A stretch of DNA of 64,000 bases from Bugula neritina. Taxonomy: Eukaryota; Animalia; Bryozoa. The stretch covers positions 1,393,751 to 1,457,750 of the forward strand of contig OZ037773.1 of assembly GCA_964035545.1 (NCBI GenBank), in the 5' to 3' direction. Numbering within the stretch: position 1 is the stretch's first letter; the number at the start of each line of letters is the position of its first letter. This document shows, piece by piece, positions 51,312 to 64,000 of this stretch. The translations under genes and the position numbers were made by a program. The notes below the pieces were generated by a model that was given only the letters and a program-made list of their open reading frames with translations, made no database searches and was not told the DNA's origin.

Positions 51312-52619
51312 ATTAAAGTAGAGTCTTGATGCTAACAAAATACCATGTGAGCTACTTAGCCAGAAATAAATCAGTTTAGCAAATCTATACTTTATTTCTA
51401 TGTCTTCCTGTAAAGTCATCAAAATGCCATCAATTTTGGTTTGTCATAACCCCTCAACTAATACCACATCATAAAGATACTCAAAACTTGTACAAGTATA
51501 TTGCAGATGGTTGCAGGAGAAAATACTACCACATGTTACTATGGTTCTGACTAGTACTGCAGTATTGCTGATATATTGTTATTGATTTCATTATGCATTA
51601 GATAAAACTGCATGCCATGGCCTCCAGCTAACAATTATTCACAAGGCTGCCATGTATATGCTTAATTAACCTTTTCTTTGGACATTGGTTGATGAAGGTC
51701 ATTTAAATGTCATTTTAGTTGATTGACTAATAGCATATGTTTATAGCGTTTAAAGCAATATTATACTACTTGAAGGCACATATAAGGTTGCTATTTTCTC
51801 CCAGCATATTTCATTTAAACCAGTCTATTTTACTCATCTCCTAACTGATATTATAAGGGTTTTCCATCAACACCCTACAAACTAAGAAGTTGTTTTCTCT
51901 TCAGCAAATGTTACTGGCTGACTTCGCAGAAGACAGACTGGTATTGGCTGGTTATCATGACTCAGCTTTGAACCAGCATCTACTGATACTGTGTAGATAG
52001 CTTCAAAGAGGTCAGCATGGAGCCAGTGGATACACTAACAGATATGACATTGTCTGTAGGGCAAATGTTCATATTTTATTAATTAGTATTACCACTAGGG
52101 TGTAGTTTGCACTAGAAGAGTTGTGTGCTGTTCAAAGCTTTATTTAACAGCAGGCCCTATAGATATTGCCACAGAATAGTATTTATGACTGCAGCTATAA
52201 CAAACTGCAGCTAAAATATTACAATGAGCTGCAGCTATTACAGAGAGCAGGGAGCTGGAATATTTATTATCTATATTGTTGCTTTACCTGAATGTTTTAT
52301 AGTAGAAAAATTATTTTTGAATGAGTGACAATGAATATAAACATTTAGTGAATTGGACATAATAGTAGCATGAAAGTGCTTACGTACACATAGCATAAGC
52401 TAAATATTTAGTAGTCCACACCTGTCTCCAGTTTCCCTTCCACTTAATTTAATATTAGAAGTTGTGTCCCCCAACCAATGTCGACCTTTAACCTTATTCT
52501 CAAGAGCAACCCAATAAAAAGCTTAAAGTTTGACTGATACATAAAATCCTAACTGTGCTATAGAACTATTTCTTTAGAGTTTAGGTGATGGATATTTTAG
52601 TATAGAGGGTTTGCATATG

Positions 52620-52890
52620 ACGTCAGAGCCCACACGATTTATGTTTTGGTCACTATATTGGAAGAGAGAGAGAAAGAGGATGATATCAGAAGAGTGCATG
52701 AGATGAAAGTTATAGGAAAGAGAAACCGGCAAAGCATAAATGGCAGGATGCAATTAGAAAAGATCGTCAATCCTTTTCCCTCAATGAGGACGCTCAGGAC
52801 AGGGTTAGGTGGAGAAGCCTCTGGTAGCCACTCGCTACCCGAAGAGGAAAAAGCGGGAATAGGTGAGAATAAGTGAGAATTAGAGAATAT
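52620..52890 (+). mobile_element. 3' fragment of an RTE-like non-LTR retrotransposon
   Basis: Frameshifted peptide FGH..EREKEDDIRRVHEMKVIGKRNR..WQDAIRKD..EDAQDRVRWRSL, typical of the C-terminus after the RTE reverse transcriptase. Ends in short gagaat repeats. Confidence 0.7.
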
Positions 52891-55800
52891 GCCTATATTA
52901 CTGCGAGTACAGGGGACTTATACTTATAGCACATATATTTGCAGTTCCAAAAAATTCAGAGACATTTTTTCATCGTAAATTTTGAGAAAATAAACATGAC
53001 AGCATTTTCCAAGGTGTTGGTTACTAAGCAATGCTGAAGTGGCAGCCAAGATATAAATCCCATTAATCATTTGGTATGCTAATTGTTACCATTTGATTTA
53101 TATAGCTGTTGACCTTTTAACCCTTGAATAGTCACAGTCAAATTACGCTGCATAGTGAATACCAGGGGTGGGCAACTAGTGAAATGCAAGGTCCTACTCA
53201 CTCGACAGTCAGTGTTAGAGTCCCTCATGCAGTCTTTACTTTTACCCTCACAATAGCCAAGATCCAAGCCGGTAAGAAATCCGAATGCTTGTAAGGCAGA
53301 TAGCCAATAACCTCAGGTTAGCTTGTAGCTTATCTGCTAAATACTATAAACCGCATTATATTCCATGCCCTACCTTTTATAGAGATGAACCACAAAAATA
53401 TTAAATGCTCCCCTTTTTGGAATTTAATATTTAAGATTTACAACTAGGTAGATACAAGTTAGTGTTCTACATGTCCTACTAATAAGTACAAGTTGATGCC
53501 TACTAGTCATGTATGTTATACTTATAACAAGATAGCTCAGTTGCACTAGCGTGCTCAAATAATTATACAGTACTTCAAAGAGTTGGTGCTACATTTATTA
53601 AAGAGCTGTCAATGCTAACCACGTTTAAGTTCAAATCCTTTTTTTCAAGCTGAAAACTCTTGCCAAGAACATAGAACTGATGTTGGATCACCATACAAAA
53701 ATATATTCTAGTTATGAGCTGTTACTACATAATATTATAAAGGATATTGACATTAGCAATTTCTGTTTCTGTAACTTACTATATAAAGGTGCTGCTAAAT
53801 ATTATTATAAATATATTTTCTACAGCTACCCACACATTGCCCATGTTATCATGAGCAGCTTAGCCTTCTACTACATACCTACTTGATTATGTGGCTATAT
53901 TACAACTACCACCTGCACCAAATGAGGTTATTGGTCTCCTATAGGTGACAGAAATCATTACTATAATCTGCAGGCATAGCATTAGGAAATCAGCTATGAA
54001 TGTAGCATTAATTGAGCTGAATGTCAACAGTTGAAAACAAAGAAAAGGAAATGCAGGTAGGTGCAATAATGGAGAAATAGAGAAAAGCCTGTGTTCTAGA
54101 TCAAAAATGTAGCAAAAGAAGTTATGTTCTTGCAAAAATTTCAACCTGCACCCCAAACCGAGATTTAATAATAAAATTAAAGAACTTAGGTTATCTCAAT
54201 TTCTCCACTACTACATTTACATGGTCGTATAATCTGTTAGTTAGAGAATTGAACACTGTATTCCACACGTTCCATATGCTTCTTTTAATTGTTCTCTAAA
54301 TATTTTCACATTGACTTATAGGTATATTGACTTATAGGTATATATTGACTTATAGGTATATGATTTCAAATCAAATATATTATGATTTTAAACTTTCTAA
54401 CCTACTTGATTAGGCATCTTTAAAGACCTGATACTATTTAGGATTACACATTTGAAGTGATTAGTTAATCTTGCTCTTTGTTTTTGTACTAGCTGAATAT
54501 TCTTAGCTATAAAGGAAATATACCTTTCTTGTAAAAGAGTTTATATGTGCAGAATTATACCTTAGCACTCAACTAGCCAACAACAGTCATGCAAGCAAGA
54601 GCAAGCCTTTGGTTAGGGGTTTTCTAATACTTTACTGAAAATTGCAGTTTACAGTAATGAAGATTTTTGAAGAAAAAAGTCATTCCATGCAAGAGGAGTT
54701 GTTGAATGGCCTCACATTTCTGTTAGATAAACATTTCCTGCTACGTGTAGAAATGTTTAGTTAAATCTAGAACTGTTGGACAATAGCTGAAAGGTTAGTC
54801 AATTAATTGTTTTTATACATATATACCAGCACTGTTTTTATTTGTTCCAACTGTCAGATCTAAAGGTGCCGATAAATACTCCATCCACCATTTCCTGTGA
54901 TTTGTTAAGGTGTGTAATGTACAATAATGAGCTATAACTAATTAGCACTGGATGATTACTCAGTAAGTTATATACACAGACCCTTAGCCTCGGTTTCTAT
55001 ATCTTAGTTGGGACTATACTGCAGCGTACCATATTTTAACTAGAAAATATTTTCCAGTTCATTGCAGCATACCACCTATCAGAATACAACTATTCACTAG
55101 AACTCCTGTTATAACATCTACACAGTGAGAGAAGATAACTCTATAAAAACCTTCTATTCGCATCAATAAAGTAGACCATCACCAATATCTTAGACTTTAG
55201 AGTGATACTAAAAGAGCAGCATTCATTCATCTATATTATGAAGTAATCCAGTAAAAAATCCAGCAAAAATATCTAACAAGCAATAATATAAGTCATCAAT
55301 GGGCATTAAATCTGTTACTAATGCAATACCATTTATTAGCTTATATATTATATTATCTTTTATATCATTATACAATATATTATATTATTATTTTTATTAT
55401 TTACTATTTTATCATTTATCCTATTATATATTATATTATCATTTATATTTTATATATTATGCTATCGTATATTTTCTTATGCATTGTACTGTCACTCATA
55501 TATATTTTACTATTGCTTTCAGTAAGAGTCAAATGACATATTTTAATACTACTGTGTATAATAGATACTATTCTTCATAATAAAACTAAAAGTAATGACT
55601 ACAAAGTATTCTCAGCTGAATGAGAAGAGTAGTAATTAAAACTATTCCAGCACAATATGTTCACAGCCCGGACTGTCTGTTAGACAAACAATAGACTTTT
55701 CATGTGTAGATTGTTTCAACTAACAGTTGCATTGTTTACCTTGTACTGGCCATTTATTTCAGACAAAAAAAAAGTGTACACAACTAGAGTTTTCTATTCA

Positions 55801-56240
55801 AACTATTGGAGTGATGCATGAGCTAGCATTACTATACTGTGTATGGAGTGCACTAACTAGATATCTCTTGCTTCTATTCCTATGTTTACTGCAGTCGCTA
55901 GGCAACAAGATCAAATTACTCAGGTCTAGACTTAAAGCTGTACTGTATGATAACCTCAAGGTCATTACTTGATGAGTATTGATGTAGAGAGTCAAGTAAT
56001 GCACATCTGTTCAACAGCCTAATAGTTAGGTAGTTCTGTATGACCTCTGCACAGACTGTGGGTTTCACTACTGTATGTAGTTAACATCACTAATTCGTGC
56101 AGTTTTGTGGCTCACTTAAAAAATCACTGGCTTTTGATATTCCTAACTTGATAGCAGGAAAAATTTCCATGATGACATATTGTATTCTCTTTGTAATGTT
56201 ATTCATACTGGTAACGTTACTGTATAACAGAGCATCCTAT

Positions 56241-56542
56241 CCCCTCATTCACACTTTGCCGTATTGTACAGGTAACGTAAAATATCAACAATTTTTGCAA
56301 ATGTCTGAGCTTCCTGTATGGTGCTACGGTACGTTAGGATCAAGCACTGCTTGATTAAAATAAGTTGTGGCGGTCTCTTATCCAACAGAAAAACTTTTTT
56401 GTTAGCTCATTGGATATAACTGTCCAATGAAGTGTTATAAATCGTACCTAATAGCAGACTTTGAAAACTTTAGCCCGGACACATTAAAAATGGCTGATAT
56501 TTTACATTACGGCGTACGATACGGCAAAGTGTGAATGAGGGG
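56241..56542. mobile_element. MITE (about 300 bp) with long imperfect TIRs and a possible TAT TSD (Harbinger-like)
   Basis: tat|cccctcattcacactttgccgtattgtac ... gtacgatacggcaaagtgtgaatgagggg|tat; complementarity extends about 70 bp. Confidence 0.75.
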
Positions 56543-56991
56543 TATATTGTATATATAACTAGTCAAATGCTCTTCATTATTCACCTTGCCTACACCTGCA
56601 ATTAATTATATTATATATTATGTAATGTATAATAAGGAATGATATATAATACATATTAATATGCTGCATATAATAAGTAGTAATATGCAATAATATGTAA
56701 TATATAATACTGTAGTCAATATGGTGGACAGCTGCTACTTTCAGGAGAAGATAACTATAGATGGATAAATAAGTAAACATGTAGAGTGCAGATGGCTGTT
56801 TGAAAGGGTCAAATTTGATGTAAACAAATCATAATAATATTTTAAAATAATTTTTTTAAAAATGTTGGAAATGTTTTACAACTATAAAAAATATATAGCA
56901 AATCCTTATTTAGAAAATGTTAGGGCATGAAAAATATTAAACAATTTTTACAAAAAAGCTATGAAGGTAAAAAATGATGTAGCTGCATGCA

Positions 56992-57053
56992 TATATATTA
57001 TGTATACAGGTGTATATGTATGTATACATATACACCTGTATACATAATATATA
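56992..57053. repeat. Perfect 30-bp inverted repeat with a 2-nt spacer
   Basis: tatatattatgtatacaggtgtatatgtat-gt-atacatatacacctgtatacataatatata. Confidence 0.9.
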
Positions 57054-58541
57054 CCTGGATCTTCATATATAACTGATGTATATGTCATATCACCATGATT
57101 GCAGTATGTAATGTAAGGCTCTTACAAAGTAAACAAATGTTTTCAATATTACTATTAACGTTCATAAGCACACTCTCAGCATGCCTAGATATTGGCATGT
57201 TGTAAAACTATCAATCTTTGAATTTTTTGTTCTTCAGTGTTTAATTTTTTTTTTAGAATTTTAAGCTGACATTGAAATTTATAATTTTGAAAAGATGAGA
57301 TTTGACTTTAGAATTTCATCTTTTAAAATTGCCTGAAATAAAACATTATATGTAGTATACTATAATATATATTGAAAATATTGCGTTGTTATATGTAATA
57401 TCTTGCTACATAATAATATGTATAATATTATACAATAAATCATATGTTGCATGTTGTGTATACAATATATATTTATCAAAAAGTAAAAAAATACATTAGA
57501 TCCTGTTTATCGTGTGCAAGATAAATTCCTCATTTACTGATCAAACAACAAACACTTGCAACATTTCTGAGTCCAGCATGTTACAATGTTCAACTATTTT
57601 ATTAAGGGTGCTCTAACTCCCCACCCGACTTGCAATGCCTGACTAGAATGATAAAGCTGTGAATCACTGAACCCTGGTTATTTGCACAATACTAGTTTCA
57701 TTCACTAAGCACCTTGCAACACTTATTGGAATGAATTTAATAATAACTTTCAAGAAGATATTATATTTACCTTCCGTTCACATAGCAACTGACAAGGAAA
57801 AGTCAGCCAACCCTAGACTGTAATTCATTAATCAGAAGTTTCCACATGACTCTTGTGATTGTTAAACATGGAAGGAATGTTTTTGAATCACAATATCCTT
57901 CTTCTAAGTGATTGTGCTGGTATAGCAGCTGTCATGTTAATAACTGAGTAAATCAATACAGCAGAATTAATTTGAGTTGGTGGTGAGAATGAGATGATAA
58001 CTTGCTGATGCAGAGAAGAACTTGTGCTACATTAGACAAGGTGAACAAGATGGCTTCATGATGGTTTATCTACCATCTTGTAGAAGTTTATTGTTGTAAC
58101 TAGCTTTAATTATTTTTAATGTCAACCACCTGCCATCTCTAGTCAATACCCTGTAGTGAAGTAGGGCATACACATGGCTTGTGGTTTTACTTACACACTA
58201 TTATTGATTAAATAAGAAGTTCTCATGTAAAGGAACTGTCACTGGCTGAAGATTGATAAACCACAACAACTCAATTTAGTTATAGGAAAACCTCTAGAGG
58301 GTTTTTTGGGCAGTAAATGTGATGAACTAGTAGGTTAGTGGATTTGAGTACATATCCAAGTTGTGTAGTGCAGTGCAAAATCATATAATATAACAGAGTA
58401 CAACATAATATCTTATGATATAGCAAAATATATATTATATCTAATATATACAGCATAATACAATACAGTATAAAAAACATGTGCATATAAAATAGTAGGT
58501 ATAATATGTTATAATTACATAGTGCAATATAGAACAAAGCT

Positions 58542-58657
58542 AGAAGCAGCTGTGGTCTAGGGGTTAGAGCGTTTGCATAGTAAAAACGAAATCGTGGGTT
58601 CGAACCCTCCCCATCAGGAGGTTTCTCACAGGGATACTGGCTATAAACTTGCCTGAG
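58542..58657 (+). mobile_element. Internally deleted tRNA-derived SINE copy
   Basis: tRNA head (tgtggtctaggggttagagcg...ggttcgaaccct) joined directly to the 3' part atcaggaggtttctcacagggatactggctataaacttgc. Confidence 0.8.
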
Positions 58658-59375
58658 AATATAGAACAATGCTGTAAATCATATTACTGTACAATATGCA
58701 ATAATATAGTGCAACATAATATGTCATCTTACAATATAGAATAGTACAATACAACATCATATAATAATACAATACAATATAATAAATTATAGCATAGTAT
58801 AGTATATACTATATAGTGTAATGCATAGAGATATCGTCATGTAAATCTGTATAAAAATTTCTCCCTCCTTTTGATAGGTGACCTCATTTTAGCCCAGGAT
58901 GAACATTTCAATCAAGTAGACGAATCACTGAAATACAATATGACAACTTCTCTGAAATTAGCTAAAATGTAAATAACAGGTTTCTACCAACGAGCTTTCT
59001 GGTAGATTTCTCTGAATACATAAATTAAAACTAATAATAACCACATCATTTCCATAAAGAATGCTGATAAATGTTTTTATATTATTATATTTCACATAAT
59101 TTGTGAGTGAATTAGCAACTGTAAATTATATTTCTACATGGTGCTGTAGATATACTGGGTGTCATGAAGAGTTAAACATACACTGACCTAAATTACACAA
59201 TCAATAAAATATCCAGATGCAGACTGTATGCAGCAAGCTCTGTCCAATCATAAAGTAGCTTCACCCAAATGTGAATCAACTTTGGGTGAGACTCATCATA
59301 GCTAGATATGCTAGTGCTGTACTATTTAGGAGCTACTAGTACTATATGTGAACTAACATAATGCTATAATAAATG

Positions 59376-59484
59376 CAGTGCTGCCTCCACATCTCACTAA
59401 GCTGCCGGTCTAAAACCTCAATTTGTGACGCAGTAGAGTAAGAGATTTAACTCACTGATCAGTTAAATTCGGCCATATTGTTCT
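59376..59484 (-). mobile_element. Partial copy of the CAGTG MITE, inverted
   Basis: cagtgctgcctccacatctcactaagctgccggtc...gatttaactcac...aaattcggccat. Confidence 0.7.
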
Positions 59485-61262
59485 GATAACGTTGTGTTCT
59501 TGTAATGTTGTTAAACAAGAGTAAACATGCAGTAAGGTTACACACGTAAAAGTAAGATTGGCTGTAGAGTAGAATGTATGACTGTATTGTATTGAAGCTA
59601 ACAAATATCTGACTTAAAAATACATTTAAAGAATCCCTGACACACTTTACTTACGCAGTATTAAAATATGCATCTGTATCTCAGCTACTATCTGATGACT
59701 ACTTTAGGGTTCCATGCCCAAAAAATTTTGTTTTATAACAAGTTTAGCGCATGAATGTCCAAACAGATTTCAGATTTCTGAGCTCTCAGTGATAACGTTT
59801 TCAGCCGGCTTTGAGTCCGAGTTACTATATAGCTAATAGCAATAATTGCATACTTTTGCTGCGCGCTATTTTTAGCCACTGCAACACGCAGATCAATCAC
59901 TGAACTGACCTAAAATTATAAAACACAGACTACAACTAGCGTCCATGAAAAAACAAATGAGACCAACTTAATATTGATAGTTAAAGCTAATGTTACTTAC
60001 GTTCAAAATTTGAGCATCGGAAAAATTGAATAGCCTCACCTACACGATGTAATTAGAACGGGTGATTATGTACAGCTATAATAAGATATTGTTAAAAAAA
60101 TTAGCTAAATCTAACGAGTGGTAAACTTTTCTATAAAACATTACAAATAATTGCGTATTTTATACAAAAAATGCATGTAGATATAAAGTGACAGAATAGC
60201 AACTGACTTGTATGTTGGTATGACAAAAAACTGTAGGCCTATATAATGAGTTTAAACAAGTATACATTAGAATAAAAAGTACATAAAATGCGGTATGTCT
60301 ATGTGGTGTATTGACAAGGCTAGTTTAATACATAGCAGATATTAAACACATACACAAGATAAACAACAGCTGGTATTTAAGCCCCTAGCTCTCAGTGCAT
60401 ATGACAATTCGTGAGTTATGGACCAGTTAGATACGGAGGGAGTGCTGTACTACCATATGCTATGCTAACTGCTAATATTTCGCAGTCAGTCAACTTCTTA
60501 CGCTATGAAGTTTTGCTAGAACTCAAGCTATAAAAAGCTGCTATTCCTATAACACTATTCTCAGTACAATTTAAATATTACATAATGTTATGTATAGTGA
60601 TGCAGCTTGTACACAATATGAGTGCCCAGTACCTCACCAAGTGGTCAAACCAAAGCTTGTAACACTCTAACACACTGTCCGATCATAACAGGGGAAGCAA
60701 TGTTTGAATTGTGGGTTCATAACACAGTTTAGGAAATGTTTGAGCAGCTCCCACCTTTTTATGTCTCATAGGTTATAAATTCCTGAAATGTGTAGTGCAG
60801 CAAAACGAATGAAGAAAGTGAATGTCAGCTTTATTTCAGATTGAGACGCTTTGCTCTCTGAACAGGCATAGCCTCAAGTGTTCCCCAGGGTATAAATAGC
60901 ATACAATGCAATCACAAATAATTTTGACCTACATATTATTCTAACATCACTGAAGTATACCTCTGCTGTTTGCTCTGGACACTCAAGCTAAGAAGTTCAG
61001 TAGTTGGGGCTCATACATTAGGCCCCGTTCTGTAGCAGCTAGATTAGAGGTACCTTAAGCATGCTTGCTACTAGATGAATAACAGCCTCCTGTATATTGA
61101 CCACTAGATAGTCAGTCCTTTTAATTAACAAATCTAATTTTCTGCTTCGATGCAAGCTTAATGTGAGATGAGGTTAAAGGAGTGGCCAATACTAATTGGA
61201 TTAGAAGATGCAATCAGCCTTACAAGAACGCATTCTAGTGGCCATAACCTATTTCAGTATTT

Positions 61263-61455
61263 CTATACTGAGCTATACTATGAGGGTACATACCCTATGC
61301 TGAGGTATTCTATGAGGGTACATACCCTATGCTGAGGTACACTATGAGGGTACATACCCTATGCTGAGATATTCTGTGAGGGTACATACCCTATGCTGAA
61401 GTATACTATGAGGGTACATACCCTATACTGAGCTATACTATGAGGGTACATACCA
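61263..61455. repeat. 32-bp minisatellite, 6 copies
   Basis: tatgctgaggtatactatgagggtacataccc units. Confidence 0.9.
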
Positions 61456-62448
61456 TTGGCCTAGAGATCACTAGCTGATTTCATTACAGCCCTCTCTTTG
61501 TGTGCTATTGCTGGGGCAGCTCTGCAGCCCCCACATTGCTCATAAACTCAGCTAAGGCTAAATGTGAATAGATGAGCAGTAATTAATTTTTCTGAGTGGA
61601 TTTCGCTATACTTTTATGCATGGCTAATCAGACCCACCCATCCAGATTTCATTCCAATCACCAGTTCCCATATATTCATCCTCCAATTTGATATGAGAAT
61701 CGTTTTTATTGCATCATTGGTTTATCTTTTTTTGTGATGGCTACACGAGAATAAAATGATACAATGTTCATCTACAAAGCTCAAAACTTAATGTAAAATC
61801 AAGATTACTGTTTAATAACAATTTATCATTCATAAACAGATCCAAGCAGAGCTGGATAAATGGCAGATATATGGCTCATTATTCATTTTTTTAAAAGGAA
61901 TTGGACAACTTTAGCTAATGAACTTCTTATAGATAAACAATTTATTTACTATACTTAAACTTAAAAGAAGTCAAGCAAATGATTGAGCAAGTTTGTCTAA
62001 AATTGCAAAGCAAATAATTAACAGAAACAATTTCTTACTCATCCTTTGCATTCATTTTAAAATTAACACTATTGATGTACCAACTCTGTACAGACATTTC
62101 AAATTTATTGCTTTTTGTTCTTTTGTCTTTGTTAACCTCTCAACTTATGCAAACATTTGTAATTGCGGTGACTATGAATAAACTCCCCATTAATTACTTT
62201 AATATGATTGCTGGAATGGCACCCTTGTCATATTACTGCTTTTGAGTCTACGTTGTACAATGGAATTATTTTTAATCAGACTTGATTTGATTAACTACAT
62301 CTCCTAGCTAGCCTACATCAAGTCTCACATTTGTTTCCCTGCACAAAAAAGCTTTAGTTATATATAGAGCTGTGTGTTTTGTTATATATTTTCTATTGAT
62401 GTATTTTATACTGGAAACTTTTCTACACTTATGTTAAAGTATCTATTT

Positions 62449-62666
62449 AAAAACTCACGCTAGTTTATAGTTGCCATCCCTGTGAGAAAACACCTGATGA
62501 AAAGGGCTTTTTGCTAAATCCGACTAAGGACTTATTCAGATGGGGCACAGGAGCAATTATGACTGAATGCTTTTCCTAACATTACCAGTGGCCTTTGAAG
62601 AGGCTTGAACCCATGATTTCATGTTTACTAAGCAAATGCTCTAACCCCTAGACCACTGCTACTTCC
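62449..62666 (-). mobile_element. tRNA-derived SINE copy
   Basis: Reverse complement aligns along the full length of the 36137 copy. Confidence 0.85.
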
Positions 62667-63325
62667 TGATAGAGTATCTATATATATAGAGTAAAGCAAA
62701 CTCTACAAACTACTGGAGTTGTGTGTCCAACTAGTGAGCTGGGTTCTGTCATTAGTATAGCAAGCTGAAGCCTTAACACTATAATATACTTAGCTATGAT
62801 CATTACGAATAATTGTTGCATAGTAATTGGTATCTTATAGCTGTGGAGAAAATGAAAATACTTGCAGCAGAAATTAGTTTCATTTGCAATTAGTATTGTA
62901 TTATTCTTTTAAAGTAGTCTTTGGTAGCCAACCTATTTTATCAGCTCGATATGCGATCAAGTTAATGCTGAACTGATAGATCAAAGTCAAGTTAGACCTG
63001 TTTTCGTGTATATCAAGCTGGCTGAAGTCAATACATGGCAGCCAATGAATATCTTCCCCAGTAGTTGAAACTAGATTACCATATTGTTGAAGAAGTTCAT
63101 TTGGAGTAAAAGCAACTGGTTATACTATTTAGTCAATCCCAGTGTTGCTGTCTTCCGCAATGTCAGATTTTTGTAAAATAAATCAACCTGTGAAATAGGT
63201 ACTTGAAATATAAACTTGTCAATTTTTTAATGACTTCTTCAGGCGTGCAATGAATAGTTAGGACTTGATCTATCAGGCAAGTAGTCAAGAATACAGTGGA
63301 AAGGTGCGTGCTGTGAGTGGTGACA

Positions 63326-63743
63326 GACATTTCGAAAATGACAATTGGAAAACACCTATTTGGAAAACAGACAATTAGAAAATGGACAATCGGAAAATAG
63401 ACATTTGGAAAATGAAGAATATTCAACATGGCCTAGTTCAGAGGGGTTGTTCGGCATATGGTCAATTCCAAAATTATAGCTTGTAAAGATCTATATAATG
63501 GTCGAATCAGTTAGGCCATCATAGAAGTAGAATTAGTTACCGAGTAGATTTAATTAAAATTTGTTCACATTTACAAAAAACTAATTTGAACCCGATAAGA
63601 TACTAAGTGCCCGTCTGGACTAGGCCATGTTGAGTATTCTTCATTTTCCAAATGTCATTTTCCAAATGTCATTTTCCAAATGTCTATTTTCCATTTGTCA
63701 ATTTTCCAAATGGGTGTTTTCGAATTGTCATTTTTGAAATGTC
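63326..63743. mobile_element. Foldback-like element with about 120-bp TIRs built from 15-bp subrepeats
   Basis: gacatttcgaaaatgacaattggaaaacacc...gaagaatattcaacatggcctagttcaga versus tctggactaggccatgttgagtattcttc...cgaattgtcatttttgaaatgtc. Confidence 0.75.
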
Positions 63744-63752
63744 ACGAACTCG

Positions 63753-63925
63753 AGTGAGTGTGTGTGTGTGTGTGTGTGCGTGCGTGCGCGCGCAGGCAGT
63801 GTGCGCAGGCAGTGTGCGCAGGCAGTGTGCGCAGGCAGTGTGCGCAGGCAGTGTGCGCAGGCAGTGTGCGCAGGCAGTGTGCGCAGGCAGTGTGCGCAGG
63901 CAGTGTGCGCAGCAGTGTGTGCAGT
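63753..63925. repeat. (GT)n followed by a 14-bp repeat (gcaggcagtgtgc-type), about 9 copies
   Basis: Seen directly. Confidence 0.9.
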
Positions 63926-64000
63926 ATTTGCTGGATTCATTTACAAGCTGTGCTTCTATTTTTAGCAACTCGATGTAATGTCTTGGCAACCAATGACCTA

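Noticed and set aside
52646-52876. 76-aa ORF as a host gene
   Set aside because: It is a frameshifted relic of an RTE-like LINE C-terminus.
60001-60039. Possible 39-nt minus-strand exon (tgtag|gtgagg...gaac|gtaagt)
   Set aside because: No partner exons or recognisable peptide; isolated splice-like motifs are expected by chance.

Overview
AT-rich animal (invertebrate-like) genomic DNA with spliceosomal genes; the species cannot be determined from sequence alone. I reconstructed four intron-containing genes by hand. (1) The 3' part of a thrombospondin type-1 (TSP1) repeat gene (+, 426-4833, 9 TSP1 repeats). (2) A complete HEATR5B/HEATR5-family gene (-, 34446-9487, 38 coding exons, about 1994 aa, including 27- and 33-nt microexons). 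(3) An ABRA/STARS-like Costars-domain gene (+, 38000-42766, 202 aa), head-to-head with HEATR5. (4) A small secreted His/Tyr-rich, Gly-Ser-Tyr-Arg-repeat, Pro-rich, single-TSP1 protein gene (+, 45384-48531, 239 aa), largely missed by the ORF track. Mobile DNA comprises a decayed Academ(X)-type DNA transposon with a triplicated end (5017-8983), six copies of a tRNA-derived SINE, a CAGTG..CACTG MITE family, other inverted-repeat elements and an RTE-like LINE fragment. The most striking unexplained pattern is that many intronic minisatellites, each with a different unit, are amplified copies of the adjacent splice junction, giving arrays of up to about 20 or more decoy donor or acceptor sites. I found no recognisable gene between 48.6 and 64 kb.
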